Source: an uncultured Bacilli bacterium
Lineage (GTDB): Bacteria > Bacillota_I > Bacilli_A > RF39 > UBA660
Length of the DNA: 64,000 nucleotides
NCBI GenBank assembly: GCA_934090795.1
Contig: CAKOJQ010000004.1
Coordinates: 349-64,348 of the forward strand
Reading direction: 5' to 3'
Position 1 is the stretch's first letter. Each line of letters starts with the position of its first letter. The notes beneath the pieces are model-generated. The model saw only the letters and a list, made by a program, of their open reading frames with translations. It was not told the origin of the DNA and did not search any database. The translations under genes were made by a program, and so were the position numbers. This document shows, in pieces, positions 55,362 through 63,886 of the stretch.

Positions 55362-55907
55362 TTAAATTTTCATTTGTTTTGATTCTTCAAATTCCTTGTT
55401 GGAAGTAGGAACAGAAGTTTTAATGTTATGATTAATAGATAGATCCTTATTATTAGTTATATTTATATTTTCTTGTTTTTCTTTATCTAAACCTTTATCA
55501 TCATTAACTTTATTTTGACTATCTAATTTATCTTGTTTAATCATTTCTTTTAGTTTATCCTTAACTAAACTTTCTATTTCTTTTTCATATTGTTTTTTAG
55601 TTTCTTTTTTTTTATGATTTTCAATTATTTTTTCTTTGGTATTTTTGATATGTTTAGGTATATTTAAGAAATCTTTAACCTTATCTAAAAATGTTTTTTC
55701 AACTTCAATATCATACAAAGAAAAAGTAATATCTAAAATTTCTTTACGAGACATTTTATTATTCATAGTATAATCAACAATAATATTATGCAATCCTTTA
55801 ATAGTGTTCTCATAAGAAGTATTACTATTATCATTTAAAGCTGCTTTTGCTATGAATTTTTTTGTTTCTACAAGTTTATAAAGTACATCATCAACTTTAT
55901 TATTCAA
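55362..55907 (-). CDS. Hypothetical ICE protein with K/E-rich tail
   Basis: 181 aa. N-terminal ~65 aa is paralogous to 55079-55345. Confidence 0.5.
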   Translation of the reverse strand: MNNKVDDVLYKLVETKKFIAKAALNDNSNTSYENTIKGLHNIIVDYTMNNKMSRKEILDITFSLYDIEVEKTFLDKVKDFLNIPKHIKNTKEKIIENHKKKETKKQYEKEIESLVKDKLKEMIKQDKLDSQNKVNDDKGLDKEKQENINITNNKDLSINHNIKTSVPTSNKEFEESKQMKI

Positions 55908-55926
55908 TTACATACCCCCCTTATAT

Positions 55927-56208
55927 TTAAGAATTATATTTCTTATATTTTTTTTGACTTGTTCTAAATTTTAACATTTTAATTAGAATACTTAAAATAT
56001 TACCATTACCATTAGGCATAGGTAGAGTTATTAAAAATGTAAGTATAGGAAAAAACGAGAATAAAAACACTTTTAATAAACCCTTACCAAATAATCTAGC
56101 TAATAAATAACCAACAAAGATTGATATTCCTAAAAAGGTAATTTCTTTAACACCATAACCTTTAAAAATCTCTCTTTTAACTCTTATGTTCTTTGGTATT
56201 AGATACAT
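55927..56208 (-). CDS. Small two-TM conjugation protein (PrgI/TcpE/VirB3-like position)
   Basis: 93 aa, two TM helices, between the VirB6-like and VirB4-like genes. Confidence 0.4.
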   Translation of the reverse strand: MYLIPKNIRVKREIFKGYGVKEITFLGISIFVGYLLARLFGKGLLKVFLFSFFPILTFLITLPMPNGNGNILSILIKMLKFRTSQKKYKKYNS

Positions 56209-57607
56209 TTATATTCCCCCAATCAACATTAGTTTTATATGTAGGTGTATCATCATTTAATGATGAATAACGATTATCCATAAAGTCTTTATATGTATCA
56301 ATTCTTTCTGATAAAGATGTAGTAGTATCCATATTGATATTATCACTTATATTACCAGATAAATCACTTACTTCAGGATCAGAAGAAGATATATCACTAG
56401 AACTATTATTAGGACTTTCATTATTAAGATTACTATTAGAATTATTATCTTCATTACTAGAAGCACTATTTGAAGCACTTTCTAAATTTGAAGATGAATT
56501 ATCCATATTAGTATCAGCGCCAGCTCCAGAACTATAACTATTTGAATTATCAGTATTAGAGTTTGAACTTGTAGAATTATCTACTGTCTTACCATATTTA
56601 GACATAGCGACCATACTTGTACCTAAAGCAGCTAGTGTATGTAATTCACTCATATTTGCACCAGCACCAGTATTTGCATTAAGTAATGCAGAAACTAATT
56701 GAGGAGAAGCTATTATAAATAATAAAGCACCTATAACAATTAAAATAACTGACATTACATAATTTGTTCCAGATGATACTTGACCGAAAACATTAAATAA
56801 GATACCTATACATAAGTATTGAACTGTCGTGACTAAAAAAGTACCCATAACACCCTTGCACCAAACTTCAAAAGCGTGTGATTTGTTCGACACTAAAGAA
56901 GTACATACAAAAGGTGCTATGGCCTTATAGAGAGCTAACTCTATATTCCTTTTAGCAACTTGTATTCCTATAAAGAAAAGAAGTACTACAACTACTAAAC
57001 CTACCAGAAATATTGGAAAAGTACTAAAACTATACTTATAAACACCACTATCAAATAAACCGTCATCTTCAACTTCGTTATAATCAGCGGTAAACCAGTT
57101 TTCTATAAAATGTTTTTTATGTTCTTCTTTCATCTTGTCATCATCAGCAAAAGCATTAAGTATCATTGATGACATACTAGATTCAAAAGAAGTAGCACTA
57201 GCAGTATTATTTGATGATACAGAAACGACATACTGTGTCATTTTAGAAGATAAATCATAACCCCAATTAAATATAGGTGGAATTAAAAACATCATAACGA
57301 CACAGAAAATAATACCTTTAAACACCCTAGTAGGTGAGCTATTATCATCTTGATCTACAAAGTATCTCATAATCAGTTCTAATATAACCTTTAATATTAA
57401 CCAAGTACAAGCAACAATAATAGCAGATGAATAGATTTTATTTACATAAGGATTATCAAAAAATTTAAACTTCCATATATCATCAATTATTAAAAACATT
57501 CCGTCTAGTAGAAGTAATACACCTTTAGCAAGAAACCAGAAGATAGAACGGACGGCGTCCATTAACCAACTTGCTGATTCTTGTTGAACGACTAATACTT
57601 GTAGCAT
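56177..57607 (-). CDS. VirB6/TcpH/TrbL-like polytopic membrane protein with S/N-rich tail
   Basis: About 6-7 TM helices, then ~130 aa of Ser/Asn/Asp low complexity. Confidence 0.55.
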   Translation of the reverse strand: MLQVLVVQQESASWLMDAVRSIFWFLAKGVLLLLDGMFLIIDDIWKFKFFDNPYVNKIYSSAIIVACTWLILKVILELIMRYFVDQDDNSSPTRVFKGIIFCVVMMFLIPPIFNWGYDLSSKMTQYVVSVSSNNTASATSFESSMSSMILNAFADDDKMKEEHKKHFIENWFTADYNEVEDDGLFDSGVYKYSFSTFPIFLVGLVVVVLLFFIGIQVAKRNIELALYKAIAPFVCTSLVSNKSHAFEVWCKGVMGTFLVTTVQYLCIGILFNVFGQVSSGTNYVMSVILIVIGALLFIIASPQLVSALLNANTGAGANMSELHTLAALGTSMVAMSKYGKTVDNSTSSNSNTDNSNSYSSGAGADTNMDNSSSNLESASNSASSNEDNNSNSNLNNESPNNSSSDISSSDPEVSDLSGNISDNINMDTTTSLSERIDTYKDFMDNRYSSLNDDTPTYKTNVDWGNINVSNTKEHKS

Positions 57608-57615
57608 AATATTAC

Positions 57616-58509
57616 CTATATAGTTTTAGTATAATCATTAACTAATTTGATTTCTAAACTTCCAATATCTTTAAACATTCTTTTAGTTATATAAATAGCG
57701 TTTGGTGTTAATTTTCTTTGCCAAGCAGAATTTTTTGGAGACCATTTGAAACCACGAGACTTTAATTCATCTCTTGTTTTTTCATCTGGCTTTTCATCAA
57801 AGAAAACTTTTACTCTCATATCTTCTTTATCAAAACTGACTTCGCCATTATCAAAATAATAACGACCTGTTTCTATGTTATCTATTTTATCTAGTGTTTG
57901 TAATCTATCTTTAACAGCTTTCATATTTTGATTAGAATTAGCAAGAACATAAGGTGGTAATTGTTCCGTTTTATTAAGTCTTGCTTTTTTATTAAAATCT
58001 AAATATGATTGATGTTTAGTTTGTAAGTATTCTAACTTTGCTTCTAGTTTTTCTCTAGCTAATGGATCATCAGAACTTATTGGCTCATTATATCCATTCT
58101 TATATTTTAATATTATTTCATCTTTTGAATAAGCATTTTTCAACATATTTTCAGTATTATCATAGAACTTATTTATTTTATCATTTATTTCATCTATTTT
58201 TTTATCCATTCTATCAGCAACTTTTTCAAACTTATTAGAATTATATTTTGCTGGTCCAGCAACATTAACAGGAACAAAATTAGCAGATATACTTAAATAT
58301 TCATTATAAATATTTGTTATTAATTCTTTAAATTGTTCTGTCCTTTTTTTAACAATTTCTAATTGCTGTGGATTAAGAGTACGACTACTAAAAGTATCTA
58401 TAAACTTTTTATAATCACTTTCAGCACTTTCTTTGATATGAGTACCACGATTATACATACTTTGATTATTACAACGCTCAATCAATTCATTATTTAATTC
58501 TATATTCAT
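57616..58509 (-). CDS. Hypothetical conjugation-module protein
   Basis: 297 aa, helical. C-terminal SRGFKWSPKNSAWQRK motif. No secure family call. Confidence 0.5.
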   Translation of the reverse strand: MNIELNNELIERCNNQSMYNRGTHIKESAESDYKKFIDTFSSRTLNPQQLEIVKKRTEQFKELITNIYNEYLSISANFVPVNVAGPAKYNSNKFEKVADRMDKKIDEINDKINKFYDNTENMLKNAYSKDEIILKYKNGYNEPISSDDPLAREKLEAKLEYLQTKHQSYLDFNKKARLNKTEQLPPYVLANSNQNMKAVKDRLQTLDKIDNIETGRYYFDNGEVSFDKEDMRVKVFFDEKPDEKTRDELKSRGFKWSPKNSAWQRKLTPNAIYITKRMFKDIGSLEIKLVNDYTKTI

Positions 58510-58526
58510 AAAACCCCCTTAATTTT

Positions 58527-58757
58527 TTATAAACCTTTATAATAACCAGATAACTTTTTATTTATATTTTCAATTTCAAATGTCTGTCTATCTATAATAG
58601 AATTAACATAAGCAATATCATTTAACTTTAAATCTTGTTTTATTAAAGTTCTTATATAATCAGACATAGAAATATCTAACTCTTGAGATCTTTTTTCTAA
58701 CTTCTTTTTCAAGCCTTTTGAAATATAAAAAATAAATTTTGTATTATATCTTCTCAT
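58527..58757 (-). CDS. Small RHH/CopG-like DNA-binding protein, tentative
   Basis: 76 aa. KFIFYISKGLKKKLEKRSQELDISMSDYIRTLI fits strand-helix-helix. Confidence 0.45.
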   Translation of the reverse strand: MRRYNTKFIFYISKGLKKKLEKRSQELDISMSDYIRTLIKQDLKLNDIAYVNSIIDRQTFEIENINKKLSGYYKGL

Positions 58758-58761
58758 TTTT

Positions 58762-59373
58762 TTACCCCCTTAATTTTGCGACTACAATTAGTCTTTTATT
58801 ACCATTATTTTTACAAGTAATTAATGTTAATATTTTTTCATTATCTACACTTTTAAAATAAGACATATCATCATCATTAATTGTATGTTTTTCTACTATT
58901 TCATAAATATATGTAGCTTTATGAGATACAATTTTAATCTTATCGCCTACACTAGAGTAGTGCAAACTTTGAAATGTATTATAAACACTATGACCGGCAA
59001 TTATGAGATTACCAAATTCATCATCAATTCCCGCAGAAGTACTTAATGTTCCAACTAAACCCTTATCTAGTGTTTTCTTATCTGTTCCAGAAGTTATTAA
59101 TCTTTGAATACCAGATTTTAATTCTATATAACCAAGATAATTGTTAGTTAAATGTATTTCTTGTTTTTTAGGTGTTTCTACAACTTCTTCTGTTTGTTCT
59201 TCTTCATTGGTAGGTGGTGGAGTATCTTCTTCAAATATTGTTTCGATTACTTGTTTTGTTTCTTTATCTACTTTGTAATTACAATATATTTTTTTAAAAC
59301 AAATAAGGGCTGATATTAAAATCAATATCAACCCTAAAATTTGTATAATCTTATTTATTTTTCTTTTTTGCAT
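58762..59373 (-). CDS. Sortase
   Basis: N-terminal TM anchor, His in IIAGHS, TLITC catalytic Cys and Arg in KRLIVVAK. The start overlaps the adhesin 3' end by 23 nt. Confidence 0.8.
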   Translation of the reverse strand: MQKRKINKIIQILGLILILISALICFKKIYCNYKVDKETKQVIETIFEEDTPPPTNEEEQTEEVVETPKKQEIHLTNNYLGYIELKSGIQRLITSGTDKKTLDKGLVGTLSTSAGIDDEFGNLIIAGHSVYNTFQSLHYSSVGDKIKIVSHKATYIYEIVEKHTINDDDMSYFKSVDNEKILTLITCKNNGNKRLIVVAKLRG

Positions 59374-62056
59374 ATATTAATAATCCTAAACCAAGAACAG
59401 CAGTACTAATTATAATAATTGAGCTAGTTAAATCAGTATTAAATGTTTTTGGCATTTCTACTTTTTCATTAGTCATAGTAGCTTTAACAACTTCGCCATT
59501 TTCTCTAATTTCAAAATACATTTTTTCAGTATTTAAAATATAGTCAGGTGAAGCAGTTTCAACTTCTTTAATATAATAGCGTCCATATTCTAAATTATCA
59601 ATAATGATTTTACCGTTTTCATCAGTTAATCCAGAATAGATTAATTCGTCAGTATCAGCATTATAAATTTCAATTTTAGTATTAGGAATAGGATTACTTG
59701 TTGATAAATCTACTTTAGTAAATTCTAAACTACCTTTGATTTTTTCATTTTTCATATTAGCTTTAACAACTTCGCCATTCTCATTAATTTCAAAATACAT
59801 TTTTTCTTCATTTAATAAGTATGATGAATCAGAAGTTTGCTTTTCTAAAATATAGTATCTTTTACCATTAGATAAAGGTAAATCTTTAATAATAACCATT
59901 CCTTTATCATCTGTTGTATAAGTACCCATTAAAACATCATCTTCTGTATAAATTTCTATGATTGTGTTAGGTAGTGCTTTATCAGTAGAATAATCAGTTT
60001 TAGTAAATTCTAGTGTTCCTTTTGGTAGATAATTTTTTAATGTAAATGTTTTAGTAATAATAGGAGTATATTGATCCTTATATACTAATTCAAATTCATA
60101 AACATTATTATCTATTAAATGAGATAGAGAACTAGATACTTCTTTCAAAGTATATTTTTGAAGTTTCAAATTATCTAATCTAGCATAACCGTTTTCGTCA
60201 GTAGTAATAGTTCCCACTAGATTATTGTTTTCGTCATATACTTCAAACACTACATTAGGAAGTGGTATTGTTTCATAGGTGTATTTACCATTTTCAATAA
60301 CTAACTTTTCGCCAGTTTTCTTTATTTCAATAGCACCTTTAACTTCTTTATTTGTAAATCTTAATTCTAGTATTTTATCAAAGTCATCACTACTAATAAT
60401 ATTAGATTTCTCATTAATACTAAATCTTAATGGCTCACTATTCCATAGATAACCATTAATTTTTTGATCTACTTCTTCAAGTTCATAATCGCCACTATTA
60501 AGTGGATATGGTGTAATTAGCATACCAGTATCATCAGTTTCAAATTCACAATAAGTTTTACTATTAGGGTAAGCTACTTTTTGACATACATACTTACCAG
60601 TAGATAATTCTTTAATTTTGAATTTTATACCAGCTATAGCAATTCTATTACCTGAATCATCAACTTTAATAATTTTTACTCTTGAAGTTATTTCAGCATT
60701 ACTAAATACTTTATTAATAGTAGGACCACTTTCTGTTATAGAAAACTTATAATCATCAATCTTTTCAAAACCACTAGGTGTTGATAATTGTCTTAAAATA
60801 TAATCCCCAAATGGTAAAGTAAAGTAAATTTTACCGTCGCTATCTGTTTTTAAAGTTTTGATTAAATTATTGTTGTAGTCATATATACCAAATTCAACAT
60901 TTACTTCTGGTGTCATTATTTGAGTTTTATTAGAAGCTACAACTTTTGTTATTTCATATTTTCTTTCAATAACTTTATTACTAATATTTATACTAGCAAG
61001 TAAATTGTCTTTATCTAATTTAAAATAATATTTTTCAGTATTTAGAACATAACCTTTTGGAGCTTCAAGTTCTTTAATATAGAATACATTTAAACTAGGA
61101 AGATAATCACTTATTGCATAAGAATTACTATCAGTAGTTAAAGTAGTAATTAAATTATCATTAACATCATAAACACCAAATTTAGCACCAACTAAACTAG
61201 CTTGACCGCTTGGTGTAGTTGTACCAGTATCAGCGTCAGTCTTAATAATTTCAACACGACCACCTTTAACATTTAATTTAACTTTTGCTACTACTGGATC
61301 GTGTACGCCAAACATTCCCATTTTTTGACTTTTACTATCTTTACCTACAAAGATCATTGTAGGATCAGAAGTATAAGTCTTTTTAATTAATGATACAGTA
61401 ATCTCGCCAACAGCATTAGGAGTTATATTTAATGTATTTCCATTAATACTAGAAGTAGCATTATCACTTCTATAAATTTCATATCCAGATAATACACCAG
61501 TATTATCAGTAAATGATACTGTTTGACCTATAATAGCGTCTTTTGTTTCATTGTTAAAAGAAGGCATTGTATAATGTGAGTTTACTAAAGACATTATGTC
61601 ATTTCTTTCTTTATTAAGATTTATAAAACTACCATTACCATATTTTTCAGTCCAGAACTCTACAATTTGACCGCCTGTTGTTTCCCAAATTAAAGATTGA
61701 GCCGCAGCTCTATATCTTAAAGTTTGATGTCCCGGATAATTATATCCATAATATCCAATTAATCCAATCTTTTGATTTATTTCATCAGAGTATGGTGAGT
61801 TGATATAACCAATCGCACCGTCGTAATCGTGAATAGTAATATTTACACCCGGCTCTATACAATAAGCAGCTTTACCGTCAATATCATATAGTTTCCATTG
61901 AGCCGACATATAAGGTTGTCCGCCACCACGACGAGTATAAAAATAACCGTCAACCGCTGTTTCAGTTAGTGTAGCAGCAAAGACATTTGTAAAACCTACT
62001 AAAAATGAAAATGCACCAACTACTAAAGCTAGCACACTTTTTAAGTTTAATTTCAA
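59351..62056 (-). CDS. Surface adhesin: signal peptide + thioester (TED/TQxA-type) domain + multiple Cna-B/SpaA-like domains + non-canonical sorting signal
   Basis: Signal peptide to VFA-AT. AYCIEPG (Cys66) and AAQSLIW (Gln120). At least six G..E..K.D-type prealbumin-fold repeats. C-terminus is MPKTFN + TM + KKKNK. Confidence 0.75.
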   Translation of the reverse strand: MKLNLKSVLALVVGAFSFLVGFTNVFAATLTETAVDGYFYTRRGGGQPYMSAQWKLYDIDGKAAYCIEPGVNITIHDYDGAIGYINSPYSDEINQKIGLIGYYGYNYPGHQTLRYRAAAQSLIWETTGGQIVEFWTEKYGNGSFINLNKERNDIMSLVNSHYTMPSFNNETKDAIIGQTVSFTDNTGVLSGYEIYRSDNATSSINGNTLNITPNAVGEITVSLIKKTYTSDPTMIFVGKDSKSQKMGMFGVHDPVVAKVKLNVKGGRVEIIKTDADTGTTTPSGQASLVGAKFGVYDVNDNLITTLTTDSNSYAISDYLPSLNVFYIKELEAPKGYVLNTEKYYFKLDKDNLLASINISNKVIERKYEITKVVASNKTQIMTPEVNVEFGIYDYNNNLIKTLKTDSDGKIYFTLPFGDYILRQLSTPSGFEKIDDYKFSITESGPTINKVFSNAEITSRVKIIKVDDSGNRIAIAGIKFKIKELSTGKYVCQKVAYPNSKTYCEFETDDTGMLITPYPLNSGDYELEEVDQKINGYLWNSEPLRFSINEKSNIISSDDFDKILELRFTNKEVKGAIEIKKTGEKLVIENGKYTYETIPLPNVVFEVYDENNNLVGTITTDENGYARLDNLKLQKYTLKEVSSSLSHLIDNNVYEFELVYKDQYTPIITKTFTLKNYLPKGTLEFTKTDYSTDKALPNTIIEIYTEDDVLMGTYTTDDKGMVIIKDLPLSNGKRYYILEKQTSDSSYLLNEEKMYFEINENGEVVKANMKNEKIKGSLEFTKVDLSTSNPIPNTKIEIYNADTDELIYSGLTDENGKIIIDNLEYGRYYIKEVETASPDYILNTEKMYFEIRENGEVVKATMTNEKVEMPKTFNTDLTSSIIIISTAVLGLGLLIYAKKKNK
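59456..60016 (-). repeat. Imperfect ~280-bp tandem duplication (last two Cna-B-like domains)
   Basis: Protein units G[TS]LEFTK.D.ST...PNT.IEIY....EKMYFEI.ENGEVVKA.M.NEK occur twice back to back. DNA similarity is visible directly. Confidence 0.7.
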
Positions 62057-62119
62057 TTTTCATTCCCCCTTTAATTAATATAAAAAAGCGACCAAAATTA
62101 ATTGATCGCCTTAAAAATT

Positions 62120-62707
62120 TTATTTGTAATATTTATAAGTACCGTCGTTATAAAAAACTTGTATTTTATAACCGACCAATTTACCATTATATGCAAATTG
62201 TTTGCAAGATGTATTTCTAATATTATCTGTATCAGATAAAGCAACATCAATACTATCAGTATGACATTTGTTAAATTCATCAGCTTTATAATCTACAAAA
62301 TTAACTAGATTATTATATTCGTCATCAACTTCAGGTACTTGTTCTATTACATCATTTGTTTTAGTTTCATTTTTTTTTGAAATATTATTTATTTGTATTT
62401 CTTCATTTTGATTGGATTCTTGTTTTTGTTCTGGAATAGTATTTTTTATTTCTTCATTTTTATTATTTATTACTTTGTTATTTGAAGTGTTATTTTCTTT
62501 AACTTCTTCTTTAGATTCATTATCATTTATTATAGATGATATTAATTCTTCATCAATAATATTTTGCTTTTCTGTTTCTATATTTTCTTGCGCTACTGAT
62601 TTATCACTTTTGAGTTTATTACTATTGTAATGAATACCCCTTACATAAGCACTTATAAAACCTATAAAAACAATTACTAAAAATACTTTTAAAATTTTTC
62701 TTAACAT
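62120..62707 (-). CDS. Membrane-anchored/secreted hypothetical protein
   Basis: N-terminal signal-anchor, E/N/K-rich linker and a Cys-containing C-terminal domain. Downstream of promoter box c. Confidence 0.5.
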   Translation of the reverse strand: MLRKILKVFLVIVFIGFISAYVRGIHYNSNKLKSDKSVAQENIETEKQNIIDEELISSIINDNESKEEVKENNTSNNKVINNKNEEIKNTIPEQKQESNQNEEIQINNISKKNETKTNDVIEQVPEVDDEYNNLVNFVDYKADEFNKCHTDSIDVALSDTDNIRNTSCKQFAYNGKLVGYKIQVFYNDGTYKYYK

Positions 62708-62731
62708 AAGACACGTCCTTTCTTTACAAAC

Positions 62732-62764
62732 ACTATAACGCGCTTTTAAAAAAAATACAGCGCC
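62732..62764 (-). promoter_or_regulatory. Conserved ICE promoter/operator box, copy c
   Basis: The minus strand reads GGCGCTGTATTTTTTTTAAAAGCGCGTTATAGT. Confidence 0.4.
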
Positions 62765-62788
62765 TAAAATGAAATTTCTATATATTTT

Positions 62789-63121
62789 TTATATTTTTAA
62801 TTCTTTTTCTGTTGAAATGTCATCTTTTATTGACTTTGAAGATAAAAAAGTTATCCTTTCAGCAATTATAGAAATAACATTATCTTTACTTTGTAATCTA
62901 CCTTTGACACCAATCAAATCGCCCTTACGACAATATTGTGATGTAGTTTCAGCAATGCCATTCCATATTGCAACTGGGAAGAAGTCTGTTTCATATTCGC
63001 CATTAGCATTTTTAAATGGTCTTTGGACCGCTAGTGTAATATTTGATACTTTTCCTTTTTCTGTTTCTTTAAGTTCTGGATCATTAGCAATTCTACCTAT
63101 AATTAAAGATTGATTCATCAT
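62789..63121 (-). CDS. ssb: Single-stranded DNA-binding protein (short, no acidic tail)
   Basis: OB-fold SSB pattern (NQSLIIGRIANDPELKET..G....ITLAVQRPFKN..GE.ETDF..V..W...AE....Y..KG.LI.V.GRLQ). ATGA overlap with the upstream gene. Confidence 0.8.
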   Translation of the reverse strand: MMNQSLIIGRIANDPELKETEKGKVSNITLAVQRPFKNANGEYETDFFPVAIWNGIAETTSQYCRKGDLIGVKGRLQSKDNVISIIAERITFLSSKSIKDDISTEKELKI

Positions 63122-63387
63122 TCGCATACCCCCTTAAATTCTAAATTTAATCTTATTTTTTCTAATTCTATTAGAAGTTTCTTTAATCTATTTTGATTTA
63201 AAGAATTTCTATATCTTTTTAATTTCATTTTTTTATAAAATATGTTAAGTAAATTTTCTACAAAGATAATATCATCTAAACCGTCGATTATCTTTTTTTC
63301 AACAAAGTAGTTATCAATATCTCTTTCTACTATTTTAAAGTACTGACAAGTTTTTATAATTTCTTTTACAAGTTTGTATTGATCCAT
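63118..63387 (-). CDS. Hypothetical ICE protein
   Basis: 89 aa, helical, no recognisable domain. Confidence 0.45.
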   Translation of the reverse strand: MDQYKLVKEIIKTCQYFKIVERDIDNYFVEKKIIDGLDDIIFVENLLNIFYKKMKLKRYRNSLNQNRLKKLLIELEKIRLNLEFKGVCE

Positions 63388-63393
63388 AATCTT

Positions 63394-63633
63394 TTATTTG
63401 AAGTAAGCTAGAAGCCAATTAACAAATTGAACTACAACAAAAACACATACACCAGCTATTAGTGTTGTACGTATCTTACGAAGTGAAGCAGCTTTTTGAT
63501 GATCTTCTGATGAGACCATATACATAATGCAATCTTTTAAAACAAAAAAGCCCGTAGCACCAGCCACGAACATTTTTAAGTAATTAGTTGCGTCCCCAAT
63601 TAGACGCAGTATATCATTTAAAATACTATCCAT
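63394..63633 (-). CDS. Small two-TM protein (VirB2/Maff2-like position), tentative
   Basis: 79 aa with two hydrophobic helices. AAAGGGGG RBS. Confidence 0.4.
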   Translation of the reverse strand: MDSILNDILRLIGDATNYLKMFVAGATGFFVLKDCIMYMVSSEDHQKAASLRKIRTTLIAGVCVFVVVQFVNWLLAYFK

Positions 63634-63886
63634 TTAATTATATAACCCCCTTTAAAACTTATAAGTTTACTAAATTTTTAATATATATTTTTTTATTTTG
63701 TTGTAATTCATAAAATTAAATAGTTTAGTCAATATTTCTATATGTGCTTTCTTCAAAGATATTAATTATGATTCTAACTATATTTATAAAAACCAACCCC
63801 CTTAATTCTTTTAAGTCAGTACTTTAATTTTTTCTAACACCTCCAATCTAAATTAGTGCATTAAAAAAAGTGCCACTTGCGACACC

